Shown: in pieces, positions 42,958-60,107 of the stretch
Layout: each line of letters opens with the position of its first letter
Position numbering within the stretch: position 1 is the first letter of the stretch
Source of the DNA: Octopus vulgaris
Taxonomy: Eukaryota
Direction of reading: 5' to 3'
Assembly: GCA_951406725.2 (NCBI GenBank)
Contig: OX597814.1
Span: 17,608,001-17,672,000, forward strand
Length of the DNA stretch: 64,000 bases
Translations under genes and position numbers: made by a program
Notes under the pieces: generated by a model
Database searches by the model: none
What the model was told of the DNA's origin: nothing
The model's input: the letters and a program-made list of their open reading frames with translations, nothing else

Positions 42958-43058
42958 TTATATTATATACTTAATTTTATTATATATATTAAATTCTATT
43001 ATATATATATATATATATATATAACCAGACACACGCACACACATACACACACACACAT

Positions 43059-43092
<34 letters not shown>

Positions 43093-43515
43093 GCATAAAT
43101 ATATATATATATATATACATATATATGCATATACATATATATACAATTATGCATATACATGGATCTATAGCGGCTTTCTGCAATACATATTATTAGAAAC
43201 AACTACACAAACACTCACATATGTATGCCTATTATAAGACATATACTTGCGCACAAACGTGTATGCACAAAAAAAGAAAAAGAAACATACACACAAATAT
43301 ACATAAAAAAAAAAATCCACACACAACACAAACACAAAATCATATTTGCTACACATATGCAGATAACGAAACTTTATTTAAACTGTCTTAATTGTGATAG
43401 TACTTTATTCCGTGAAGAGCTGGTGTATGAAATGCTGGGGGATGAAACGGTTATCAATTGAGTCTATGTTAAAGAGAAGTATTTTGTATATATGCAAACA
43501 AGCATACATATATAT

Positions 43516-43563
<48 letters not shown>

Positions 43564-43670
43564 ACATATACAAAGATTTCTTTGATAACTAAATGCACAT
43601 ACAATTTTCTAAATACATACAAACACACACACACACACACACTTTTATATGTATATATCTATATATGAAC

Positions 43671-43710
<40 letters not shown>

Positions 43711-43827
43711 GTGTGTGCCAGTGTGTGTCTATTTATGTATATATATAAATATATATATACTTATATACACAAATATGCACACACACATGCACATATGTAA
43801 GTAAGTATGTATGTATATATCTATATA

Positions 43828-43934
<107 letters not shown>

Positions 43935-44562
43935 TTTATGAAAATAAACAAACGTATATATATATGTATATTTATATGCGCAGATGGTAAAATTTTCAGA
44001 CTCATATTTTGGGATCCGGCAGCTCACTGATTACAAATGGGGCTGATTTTTGAAACATCTGGGGTACGTATTTCTTGGGGCAATATATTCAGGTACAGTT
44101 ATAAGGCTTTCAGTTCCTTCTATTTATTCATTTATTTATTTATTTATTTATTCATTTCATTATTTATCTATTTATCAAATACATTTATTTCATTTGTATC
44201 TATACAGTCTTGTATACACCCACGAGAAACTGAGATATAAATGAGACACTCCAATTTTAGTGAGTACCGGACGTGAGTTCGAATTTTGCTTCAGCCCTTT
44301 GCCACGGTATATCAGTCTTAAATGTTTGATAATGTTAAAATGTAATATCCTTTGGGAATTGGAGAATGAAAATTGGGCTCTTTGTTCAAATCATGTCGCG
44401 TTTGTAACGCGTATATATTTAATTTAGTTAATATTTGATGTTAAAATATATTAAAAATCATTTAACATAATAATTCACAAAGAAAACATTCATGACCTGT
44501 CTACTATAAACCTTAATTGTTAACACATAAAAACACAAAGATAGATAGGTAGATAGATATGT

Positions 44563-47693
<3,131 letters not shown>

Positions 47694-47980
47694 CGCACAC
47701 AGTAACACATATACTTCTCTATATATTGATATATATATATATACATATGTTTTGCGTGTACATATATTTGGATCGATTGATAGAAAGGTAGATAGTGATA
47801 TAGACTCTTTGAAGTGATACTAGCCAATAACCTAATATAAAGAAATTTCTATCCAATGTCTGTATGAAAGTAAGTGATTATTTTGCACCCAAAATTATAC
47901 CGATACATAGATATATTCTCTTTTTCCTCTTTTTCTCTGCCATACTCTCCCACAAGCATATACCAAAACGCATACATACA

Positions 47981-48053
<73 letters not shown>

Positions 48054-48681
48054 GGGTCACTTATATTTACTGCAATATTTGCAGCCTTAATAAAGCTGTC
48101 TTCGTACGAAACAATTGTACCGAAATACTGATCCATTCTTGTTGCTTTTTTCTTATATACATATATATATATATACATATACATACATGTCTGTGAGTAC
48201 TAAATTCTTTATTGTTTTACTATGGAGCACTGAAATGCTGCGTCTTCATCAGAAATTCTTTACTCTAAGTAGACCCTGTCGTACCTACTACAAAACACGT
48301 GTGTGACCATAAGCACGCTCACACACACGCACGCACACGCACACACACACACACACACACACAGATAAGTATACCAGTATATCATTCAAACTCCGATCCT
48401 CAGTATTTGGCATGGGCTGGACTGTTTGACAGGTTCCAACAAGTTGGAGGACTTTCGAGTGATTTCTACTGCTCCATGCCCTTTCTAACGCCAACTACTT
48501 TTTACAGAGTTTACTAAGAGCCTTGCTTAATCGTGTCCCAGCGCTGGAGAGGTCACCACGTATATTTTAAGACGAAGTGCTCCCGATTGACACTGTTGCA
48601 GTAGTGATGTGTCTGACTTTACACCAGGTGGTAAGTGTTTTAAAAGTATAACCGAACAACAGGCGCAGATGTTCAATCATG

Positions 48682-48682
48682 A

Positions 48683-48763
<81 letters not shown>

Positions 48764-48768
48764 CATCA

Positions 48769-48856
<88 letters not shown>

Positions 48857-49032
48857 CATCATTATTATTATCATGATTATTTATTTAAGGCGGCGAGCTT
48901 GGCAGAATTGTTAGCATTCTGGATGAAATGCTTAGCGGTATTTTGTCCGCCGTCGTTACGTTCTGAGTTCAAATTCCGCCGAGGTTGACTTTTGCCTTAC
49001 ATCCTTTCGGGGTCGATAAATTAAGTACCAGT
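48682..49032 (+). mobile_element. (ATT)n tract (48682-48886) directly followed by a 3'-truncated SINE family B (48887-49032)
   Basis: Visible repeat plus a consensus match. Confidence 0.88.
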
Positions 49033-49343
49033 ATCTCTCTCTCTCTCTCTCTCTCTCCCTCTATATATATATGTGTTTGTGCGTGTGTGTATATATGCAT
49101 CTATACGATGGTATTTATGCATATGTATATTCTTTACATTATATATGGGTGCATGTATTTATAACATATGTAAAGAAACACGTGCATATGCATATATATA
49201 TACACATACATGCACATATATACATAAGAAGAGTGAAAGACAGACGTAATTCTTGACGGACATCGGAATTAATGCGTTCTTTAATAGTTCTTCATATACG
49301 TGTGCGCCTGTGTTCACATATGTACAACTCTGCAAATCTATCT

Positions 49344-49411
<68 letters not shown>

Positions 49412-49534
49412 CAGACACACATACACACTCAAACACACCACACACACACAAATATATGCGTGTATGTGAGTATGTGTGTGCATGCATATATATATATATA
49501 TATATACACATACATTCTTATGCCTATATATCCT

Positions 49535-49587
<53 letters not shown>

Positions 49588-51695
49588 TTCATATCAATTC
49601 ACATGGAAATAATTGTTCTGACATTTCTGCTACAGATAATGATAATGAAGATTTCGAATAATATTAATAATAGTAATAAAAATAATAACAACAACAACAA
49701 CAACATTTACAACAACAACAACAATATTAATAATAATAATAATTTTAATAATTTTAGTAAAAATATTAAGCAAAATATAATCTTTTGTTTTGGTGTTTTT
49801 TTATATTTGTCTCGAACACAAGAAGCAGGAAATTTTTGGGTAGGGTAATTTAATTTCGATTTTAACAACCCCCCCCCAAAAAATAAAGCAATAAGAATGG
49901 TGTCGCACATAGGCACGTGACCAGTCAATGTACAAGAGATAATGACGGATTTCGTTGATCCCCCGTACTTAAGTGATACTTAACTTTATTTACCCTGATA
50001 AAATTATTGGCAAATTTCACCAAAGCGAGATTTGATCTTTCACGTTTGGTCCAGTCTCATTGAAATCAATTCTTAAACGAATTTTTAAAGAGCTATGATA
50101 TATTAAATGATCCGCCCCAAAATATTTTTTTGACAATACTTTGATCTACCTTATTTCCACTGACAGTAAACTGATACTCTCTGCAGGGTACTCGTTTTAT
50201 CTCTAGAATTACACTATCAGCATCTTGCTTAACATCGTTAGTATCAGCATCACACACGTACGGAAGAAGTTGTAATCTGGTTACTTGATGATGCATGATG
50301 TAACAGATTTTCTATTTAAAATCCACACTCTACTACTTTCGTAAAACAGACGGGTCAGGTACTAAAGTCAGTTTCCTATACATACGAAGACGAGTTGGTC
50401 ACGGCTGGAGTGGATTTATCAAAGGTCTGGTCTGGTCAGCCAGCTGTTGAACCTGCGGCTAAATAAGAAAAAGACAATAGCATAGGGAAACCGCTCACTA
50501 ATACACTTCAAGTATTTGCCTCACACGAGATTGCCTATGTGGTCACCCTAACACAGGGAACCAAACCTCTCATGTTATAACAGCCAAATTTCTTATATCA
50601 CTTCTTAACATCTTTAAAGAAGAAAGGTTGTGTTGCGATAGCAGATTCCGGAACGCATTCGAAATTAGGTCTGCTCCTTCATGGCTGACTTGGGGCTAAA
50701 CAACAGAAGCAAGCTCTTGCCTTACCAACATATTCTGTGTCTTCTAACTCACCACATCACTACAACAATGCCAACTGCTCTTCTGAATTAGCATGCCACA
50801 ACTACACAGATCCACCCGGAATACCTGTTTTCTCACTTCGCTGCACCCGTAAACTGCGTCTCGCCCTCCAAAGCGATGCAATCTTTCGTTCCCAGCACAT
50901 CCACCTTCTGGATATCTCTTCTTGTTCATATTGTTCTTATCGTTTTCTTGTTGCTATTGCTGTTACATAACCATGATGATAGAGGCCCTAATTAAACAGA
51001 TGTGTGATTATGACATTCCAACCATGACAATCTTGTCAATTTTGTGTGGCATGTGAGTGACTGAGATTAGAACATTTCCCCCTGAATTGGACGCCGGTCT
51101 ATACACCGTAAATGCAATGTCCTAACCTCTAGGCCACCCGATTTCACAGTCTTTATCTCTTTTAGCCTACCCGCGATACCTCTAAGAACACGTTCTTCGT
51201 TCCATCTAATAGATAAGTGCAATTTGAAGACGAAATGGCTTCCATTTTTAGCAGACAAAAGCAACCACCTCTGTCAGGATTACCTAGTTGGATCATTAGT
51301 GTTCACCTATTTTATTCTGCTGACGCTGGTTTAACAGGTGTTCAAATTGAACATCTACCGCATTAATCTCACTAGAATTGGAATGTAAAAAATAATAACA
51401 ATAAAAAAAGAATAGAATTTTGTTATCACCCATACCATAAACATTAATCACCACAAGCTGTGACATCATCAATAATATTGTCACTGATTTTCACTGATAA
51501 CTATATTGTCCTTTAATGTAACGTAAGCACCACCATAACCACCACCACCACCACCACCACAAGTAGCCTCCCCGCCACCTTCGGAATCACACGATTCTGT
51601 CACCGTGATAAGATTGTGACGGAACACATTAAAGGATTATCAGTAAACAGTCAGGTATACACACACACACACTTGTGTGTGTATATATATATACA

Positions 51696-51769
<74 letters not shown>

Positions 51770-51812
51770 TATGTAATGTATGTATGCATGTATATATATA
51801 TATATGGATGTA

Positions 51813-51851
<39 letters not shown>

Positions 51852-51950
51852 GATGTATATATATGTGTGTATATATATATATATATGCACACACACACAT
51901 ATACATAAATGTATATATATATATATACATGTATGTATGCAATGGTATAT

Positions 51951-52156
51951 CACCGTGATCAGCCAACAGAAGAAAGAGTGAGAGAAAGTTGTGGCGAAAT
52001 AGTACAGCGGAGATCGCCCCCTCCCCCTGCCGGAGCATCGTGGAGCTTCAGGTGTTTTCGCGCAATAAACACTCACAACGCCCGGTCTGGGAATCGAAAC
52101 CGCAATCCTACAACCACTAGTCCGCTGCCCTCACCACTGGGCCATTGCGCCTCCAC
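51951..52156 (-). mobile_element. SINE family C, tail type 3 with internal deletion
   Basis: Homologous to 62874-63177; flanked by the direct repeat GCAATGGTATAT (51939-51950 and 52157-52168). Confidence 0.85.
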
Positions 52157-52392
52157 GCAATGGTATATATATTTATATCTATATCTGTGTTTATATATGT
52201 GTATGTATGTGGCATAGTAAGCTACTCATTTTCAGGCTTTGGTGTGGGATCAGGTATTGTTCGTGTTGTTTACACATGAGTCAATCTTCACAAATCTTCA
52301 CAAATCACGCATGTATGTATGTCTTCAAAATGTTCCCACCATGACCACCTCTTTTTGGAAGGCGTCAAATTTCACACAGAATTATGTTCATA

Positions 52393-52640
52393 GCAGGAAT
52401 GGCTGTGTGGTAAGTAGCTTGCTAACCAACCACATTGTTCCGGGTTCAGTCCCACTGCGTGGCATCTTGGGCAAGTGTCTTCTGCTATAGCCCCGGGCCG
52501 ACCAATGCCTTGTGAGTGGATTTGGTAGACGGAAACTGAAAGAAGCCTGTCGTATATATGTATATATATATATATATATATATACCTACACCACCAAACG
52601 GTATACACAGGTGCTTATAATTATCAAGTACTCACCCCGA

Positions 52641-52724
<84 letters not shown>

Positions 52725-52938
52725 TTTTGTTTGTTTGTCTGTGTTTGTCCCCCTAGCATTGCTTGACAACCGATGCTGGTGTGTTTATGTCCCCGTTACT
52801 TAGCGGTTCGGCAAAAGTATAAAAGAATAAGTACTGGACTTACAAAAAATAAGTCCCGGGGTCGAGTTGCTCGATTAAAGGCGGTGCTCCAGCATGGCCG
52901 CAGTCAAATGACTGAAACAAGTAAAAGAGTAAAAGAGT
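52393..52938 (+). mobile_element. SINE family A, full length, expanded spacer
   Basis: Consensus match; same subfamily as 14727-15094 (GGAATGG, GCCCCGGGCCGACCAATGCC). Confidence 0.92.
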
Positions 52939-53260
52939 ATAAAGAGATAGCGTTTTTTCTTCCTTTGGTAGAATTGGCTGGTGTTTCATGCGGAGATATG
53001 TGGCGCGTTTATGGATTGCCTATGAAAAGCAACATCTACATAACAGTTTCATATCCATCCCGGCTTACACTGCTTGCGTCATTCACGTTAGTATTTATAT
53101 ATGCATATGACATGCTATAAAATATACATAAAGCCATTTAACATATGTGGATGTTTATAAAACATCAGCATAGTGTTTACTGTACATACATAAAACGTAA
53201 ACATAAATATACATATAGACATGTGAAAATGCATCCATTCACACGCGGATATACACAAGC

Positions 53261-53316
<56 letters not shown>

Positions 53317-53330
53317 GTATATGCACAAGC

Positions 53331-53391
<61 letters not shown>

Positions 53392-53456
53392 TGTGTGTGT
53401 ATGTGTGTGTAAGCCGACGGATCCCTTTATACAGCATTAAGCGACTGATAACATTA

Positions 53457-53504
<48 letters not shown>

Positions 53505-53764
53505 ATATAGCAATGTCTTGAGTGTGTTGGTATCCACTAGTTTTGACAACAATAACTGTCTTTGATAACATTATCTATGATTATAATAGGCGGCGTACAC
53601 TATACAAGCATTCACGCATATCAGTGTGTGTTTGCGTGTGTGTGTGTGCGCGCGCGTATACGTTTACCGTTTCACAATTGACAGTTTACTATTAGTCTCA
53701 AACTACACAGGTGTGTTCGCGAGTCTCTCTCACAATCTCTGTCTCTCCTTTCACTATTTCTTAC

Positions 53765-53832
<68 letters not shown>

Positions 53833-53896
53833 GTATACATATGCATATATATAGAGAGAGTTGTATATACTCATACACAGACACACCCATAGGATT

Positions 53897-53991
<95 letters not shown>

Positions 53992-54389
53992 TGTGTGTGA
54001 TTGAAGAAAACAAGATACAGAAAATGATACTAGAATGCTAAAACGTAAAGGAAAATATAGTGTTTCATAGAAGCTAAAAAAACTTCTTCGCAGAACGTTA
54101 CCCCGATTTTCACGTAACGAATCATCTGTCTGAAGATCGGTAACGTGAAACGCGGTAAATAGTCTTGTGAAGTTTTTTTCTTGTGATAAAGGAGTGGTGG
54201 GGTGGGGGTTGAAAGAGAAGTAAAGACGGAGATAAAACAGAAAATAGACAGACAGACAGACAGACAGATAGAGAGACAGATAGAGAGACAGGCAGAACGA
54301 AAGAAAGAAAGAAAGAAAGAAAGAAGGAAAGAAAGAAAGAGATAGATCGATAGATTGATAGACAGATAGATTGACAGGTAGATAGATAT

Positions 54390-54459
<70 letters not shown>

Positions 54460-54937
54460 GAGATAGATAGATAGATATGTTAACATGTACACAGAGGTAC
54501 AAATGGACGATTATATAGACAGGTGTTTAACGTGTGAACTTATCAATATAATAACTTGTATGCATGAATGTGTTTGCGAGTGTGTGAGTGTGTGTCTGTG
54601 TGTGTTTGTCTGCGGGTATGTCTGTCAGTCTGTGTATGTATGTTATTCTTCGCTACGAGTGAAAGCAAATTTGTCAGTGTGTGTGTGCATATAAGTGATT
54701 ACATAAAAGGGAGAGAAAGAGGGGGAGAGAAAGGAGAGAGAGTGAGAAGGGGAGAAGAGACAGAGGGAGAGAGAGAGGGAGAGAAAGAGAGAGACTCGCA
54801 GTTCGTTTGTCTATGTGTATGCGTGCATATGACTTGCTGAATTATGGGGCGTGACTGCCGACAAGCATATACTCACACACACACACTCTGTGATAGTGAC
54901 AGGCCAGAAAGACACACACACACACACAACACACACA

Positions 54938-54990
<53 letters not shown>

Positions 54991-55489
54991 CTGCTCTCGC
55001 GCACACACATACACTCACAAAATTCGCTGGAACATGATGAAATTTTTTTACGCTAAAAACTAAACACAAACGGTCGCACACACATACCAACTCGTACAAA
55101 CGCAAACATACATGCGTGCGTGTTACAATGTATTGATATGTACCTCTGTACACACCAATATGAACGTACATACATGCATAAATACACACGCATACATTAG
55201 TACATACGTATTGGGTAGTTGTGGCTGGAGCTAACGACTCGACATAGTAAGGAAGCCCTTCCATCCTGCCACAGTTTAGCGTTAAGTTTTAGGTAGACCT
55301 ACAATCAGCACATAAGCTTCCAGTAGCACGCCAAGCCCTTGTCCAGCAGCCGTGGGTTCACAATCCACATACACATATATTCCTAAATATATACACACAT
55401 CTATTTGTATACACAGACAGGCATTCATATACTTACGTGTATACATACATAACATATACAAAACTATATTCAAATATCTATTTCTTTAC

Positions 55490-55828
55490 TTATTTCTTTA
55501 CTACCCACAAGGGGTTAAACATAGAGGGGACAAACAAGGACAGACATAGGTATTAAGTCGATTACATCGACCCCAGTGCGTAACTGGTACTTAATTTATC
55601 GACCCCGAAAGGATGAAAGGCAAAGTCGACCTCGGCGGAATTTGAACTCAGAACGTAGCGCCAGACGAAATACTGCTAAGCATTTCGCCCGGAGTGCTAA
55701 CGTTTCTTTACTACCCACAAGGGGCTAAACACAGAGGGGACAAACAAGGACAGACAAACGGATTAAGTCGATTACATCGACACCAATGCGTAACTGGTAC
55801 TTAATTTATCGACCCCGAAAGGATGAAA
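55490..55828 (-). mobile_element. Two tandem SINE family B copies (both 5'-truncated)
   Basis: TTTCTTTACTACCCACAAGGGG tail at ~55492 and ~55703. Confidence 0.9.
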
Positions 55829-55831
55829 TGT

Positions 55832-55875
<44 letters not shown>

Positions 55876-56435
55876 CCCTATATGCATACACATACATGCA
55901 AACACACAATGTGGATACGCACACATACATATATATTTATGTTCGGACATGGTTGTCTTGCGTAGAAGTTTGTCCTGAATCACATATGGATTCAGGTTCA
56001 AGCCCGAAGCGCGGTATTCTAAGGAAATGCCTTCTGCTGTAGGTTCACCAATATTGTATTAAGGGGATTTACAGTACCCGGCGTACACTCACACATCTGC
56101 CTGTTTGTATGTATGTATGTATGTATGTATCGGTGCGCGCTCATGGGTTTTGTGTCTGTGTATGTTTGTTTACTAAGTCTTGCTTCTACGGAACGAAAGT
56201 GCACAATATTTGTAGAAACAGTAAAGCATCGGACAAAATGCGCCGTTGTATAAAAATACTTCTTGTTACGTTCTAAGTTCAAATCACACCGCAGGCGCCC
56301 TTGCATTTTTAACGGACTGTGGTCTGACAAATGGTGCGGTTTATTAGACTATTGTTTATTAAACAGGTCCGACAACAATTCATAGTTTTTTGCCACAATT
56401 AGAAGTGGTATGTATAACATGAATATACACACACG

Positions 56436-56502
<67 letters not shown>

Positions 56503-56736
56503 CTGTGAGTGTGTTTTGTATTTATATGTGTGGATTTATGTCTTACTGATTAGGCTACGGTAGTTCACTCAACCAAATAACTAGACCAGGTCTTCGTCTC
56601 AATGGTGGTTGCTATCAAGCTGTGAGATATGTAATATATTTATACACCAGCGTATGAGGACACACACATATATATATATATATATATACACAAGTACACG
56701 TTTACAAGTTTTCGTTCTCTAATGCATAAACATATT

Positions 56737-56773
<37 letters not shown>

Positions 56774-56907
56774 CATGGTAGAATTACCATAAATAAAAAT
56801 AAAAATAAAATTAACTGCCGTTTAAATACATTCATGGCTGTTCTTTCCATTTACATAAAGATATATCTATGTGCGTGTGTCTGTGTGTGCGGGAATAGTT
56901 TACAACT

Positions 56908-57071
56908 GTAGGAGTGGCTGTGTGGTAAGTAGCTTGCTTACCAACCACATGGTTCCGGGTTCAGTCCCACTGCGTGGCACCTTGGGCAAGTGTCTTCTTC
57001 TATAGCCTCGGGCCGACCAAAGCCTTGTGAGTGGATTTGGTAGACGGAAACTGAAAGAAGCCCGTCGTATA

Positions 57072-57169
<98 letters not shown>

Positions 57170-57362
57170 CGTGTGTTTGTGTTTGTCTCCCTCAACATCG
57201 CTTGAGAACCGATGCTGGTGTGTTTACGTCCCTGTAACTTAGCGGTTCGGTAAAAGATAGAATAAGTACTAGGCTTACAAAGATAAGTCTTGGGGTCGAT
57301 TTGCTCGACTAAAGGCGGTGCTCCAGCACGACCGAATTCCAGTGACTGAAACAAGTAAAAGA
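56908..57362 (+). mobile_element. SINE family A, full length
   Basis: Consensus match with internal (TA)n(TG)n. Confidence 0.92.
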
Positions 57363-57600
57363 TGAAGGATAAACAATATATCTAGTCACTGTGGGTGCAC
57401 AATGTTGCCATAGGTAGTCGGTGCTATAAATTTATGTCTATGTGAATTAAAGAAATAGGGGGAAATATACCCCCCAAATAAAGCATAGAATTTAAATATG
57501 GTAAGTTTACCGCTAGGTGCAGCTGCGATTATCTGATAATCCAGATATCCTGCTTATACTTTTGGGAATTTAATTGTTAGTTACTTCTGTAGTTAAACTC

Positions 57601-57706
57601 TATGCGAATATTCGCATATCATACGAATAATCGCATATTATACGGATATTCGCATATTATACGGATATTTGCATATTATACTGATATTTGCATATTATGC
57701 GAATAT
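57601..57706. repeat. 19-bp minisatellite, ~5 units, starting with an 18-bp perfect palindrome
   Basis: Unit ~CGGATATTCGCATATTATA; palindrome TATGCGAATATTCGCATA at 57601-57618. Confidence 0.9.
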
Positions 57707-57759
57707 GGTTTTATATATTGAGGTTAGACAGAACTGATTTGGTATTCTTTTATGCATTT

Positions 57760-57950
57760 ACTAGTCTCGGTCATTGCACTGCGGCCATGCTGGGGCAACG
57801 CCTTGAAGAATTTTTAGTGCAATGGATCGACCGCAGTACCTGTATATAGTTAAAGCTTGGCACTTACTATATCGGACTCTTTTGAAGAACTGCTAAGTAA
57901 CGGGGATATAACCACAACAACACCGGTTGTCAAGCGGTGATGGGGAACAA
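57760..57950 (-). mobile_element. SINE family A 3' half, diverged
   Basis: CTGCGGCCATGCTGGGGCAACGCC...GGTTGTCAAGCG; similar diverged tails at 20160-20322 (-) and 26575-26680 (+). Confidence 0.75.
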
Positions 57951-58034
57951 ACACACACACAGCCTCAATATATATATATATATATATGAAAAAACAAGTC
58001 AAAATAGAAAATGCTAAAATAATTTTATAAAGAA

Positions 58035-58082
58035 CATTTCAGTACCGGTTTCGGTCATTTTGAGACCTTTTCAACTGTAACG
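58035..58082 (-). ncRNA. Minimal type-I hammerhead ribozyme with U3-A8 core variant
   Basis: Minus strand reads CGUUACAG-UUGAAAA-GGUC(UCAAAAU)GACC-GAAA-CCGG-UA-CUGAAAUG. Stem I 7 of 8 pairs, stem II 4 bp, palindromic stem III (ACCGGU); C3-G8 is replaced by U3-A8. Confidence 0.62.
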
Positions 58083-58173
58083 ATTAAATAATTAAATTTG
58101 GAAAAATTAAAAGAAAAGTTTTTTTAAAGGAATATTTGTATAGTGTTCAAATATAAGTGGCATTCTGCCTTTC

Positions 58174-58227
<54 letters not shown>

Positions 58228-58902
58228 AAACCCCAGCAGAAACGAGTAAGATATACTTATATATATGCGTGTGTGTGTGTGCTTGTGTGTGCGTGTGTAT
58301 GTGAGTGAAGTGGTGGTGCTTGAGAGAGGTCAAGTCCTAGTAGTTGAAACTAGTAATAAAATACAGAGAGAAACGTGTATAATTGTTTGTTTGTTGTGTA
58401 TGTATATGTGTACGTACACTATTTTTTGTGTGCGTATGGGTGTACAAACCTTTGTATAAATAAATAACTTTTTTGTGAATCAAAACCGACAATAACCTTA
58501 TTCACTCATTCAGTCTTTCTCTCTCTCTCTCTCTCTCTCACTCCCACATTCTCGATTGCGCGGATGATGCGTCCGTGTGTATGTATTTAAGTGTGTATTT
58601 CTGCGTGCTTGTGTTTTGTGCTTGAGTGTGCGCATGCGTATGTGTGCGCGTGTGTGTGCGTGTGTACCTTGTCCAGACCAAGACGTGCTGGATAGTGGTG
58701 TGCGAAACGCAATGAAGCCTATAGCGGTGGGATTCGTGATTTATTAATTTAATGTGTTTTTTTTTTCCTCATCTATTTTTAAAGATATTTATTTATTTAC
58801 TCCTTATTACAGAGCATTACCATTACCATAAGTAATAGCACCAATACAGAGCAAACAGGTTGATACACATACATGAAAAAAATAATGCATATATATATAT
58901 AT

Positions 58903-59136
58903 TTATTTCTTTACTACCCACAAGGGGCTAAACACAGACGGGACAAACAAGGACAGACAAACGGATTAAGTCGATTATATCGTCCCCAGTGCGTAACTGG
59001 TAGTTTATTTATCGACCCCGAAAGGATGAAAGGCAAAGTCGACCTCGGCGGAATTTGAACTCAGAACGTAACAGCAGGCGAAATACGGCTACGCATTTCG
59101 CCCGGCGTGCTAACCATTCTGCCAGCTCGCCGCCTT
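58903..59136 (-). mobile_element. SINE family B, full length
   Basis: Consensus match. Confidence 0.92.
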
Positions 59137-59158
59137 ATAATGCATATATATATATTAA

Positions 59159-60107
59159 TGTATATCTGTGTGCGTGCGTCTTTTACTTGTTTTAGTTTAT
59201 TTGATTGCTGCCATGTTGGAGCACCGCCTTTTATAGTCGAAGAAATCTACCCCCAGGACTTATTCCTTGTAAGCCTGGTACTTATTCCATCGGTGTCTTT
59301 TGTCGAACCGCTAGGTTAAGGGGACATAAACACACCAACATCGTGTGTATCTTTGTGCGTCCGTCTTTTATTTGTTTTAGTTTATTTGATTGCTGCCATG
59401 TTGGAGCACCGCCTTTTATAGTCGAAGAAATCTACTCCCAGGACTTATTCCTTGTAAGCCTGGTACTTATTCTATCGGTGTCTTTTGTCGAACCGCTAGG
59501 TTAAGGGGGCATAAACACACCAACATCGGCAGTCAAGCGATGCGGGGGGTGGGGTGATATACACAAACACAAAGACACACATATTTCTCCATTTTTTTTC
59601 GTCCATATTTTCGTATACATTCGCTTGCTTTCTTCCAAAGAATCTAGTGTTCTTAGCTTAGATTTTCTTGGGACCGGCCAGATTGGCCGGTCTCGAGTAT
59701 AACTGGTAGAAGCTGCAACGACGATCTGGAACTCGACTGACATTAGAAAGCTCTGGTTGACTCGTCCTTGTTTTTCCCTGTCCCTTTTTGGCATCGTCTA
59801 ACTGTCCGGATGCTTTGTTTTCGTGTTTTCTCCCTGTTACGTTCTTGTTCTAATATTTTTTTATATATATACATATAACGGCGTACGTACACCTTTGGCG
59901 TCCTGTACGTATGTGTATAGATATAGATGTATATATCTATATATATATACGACGAGCTTCTTTCAGTTTCTGTCTGCCACATCCACTCACAAGGATTTGA
60001 TCGGTTCGAGCCTATAGTAAAGATACTTGCCCAAGGTGCCAGGCAGTGGGACTGAACCTGGAACTATGTGATTGAGAAACTAGCTTCTTACCACATAGCC
60101 ACGCCTA
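59159..60107 (-). mobile_element. Composite SINE family A: head 60107-59950, foreign insert ~59583-59915 in the spacer, tail region tandemly duplicated (185-bp period)
   Basis: Units 59159-59343 and 59344-59528 are near-identical; the head matches the consensus. Confidence 0.82.

Noticed and set aside
48095-48255. GAAACAATTGTA palindrome and a nearby CTGATGA (minus)
   Set aside because: The half-motifs are on opposite strands and do not assemble into a ribozyme.
49800-51620. Longest microsatellite-poor stretch as a hidden gene or enhancer
   Set aside because: Short ORFs have no recognisable motifs and parts look like old repeat fragments; enhancer function cannot be judged without conservation or chromatin data.
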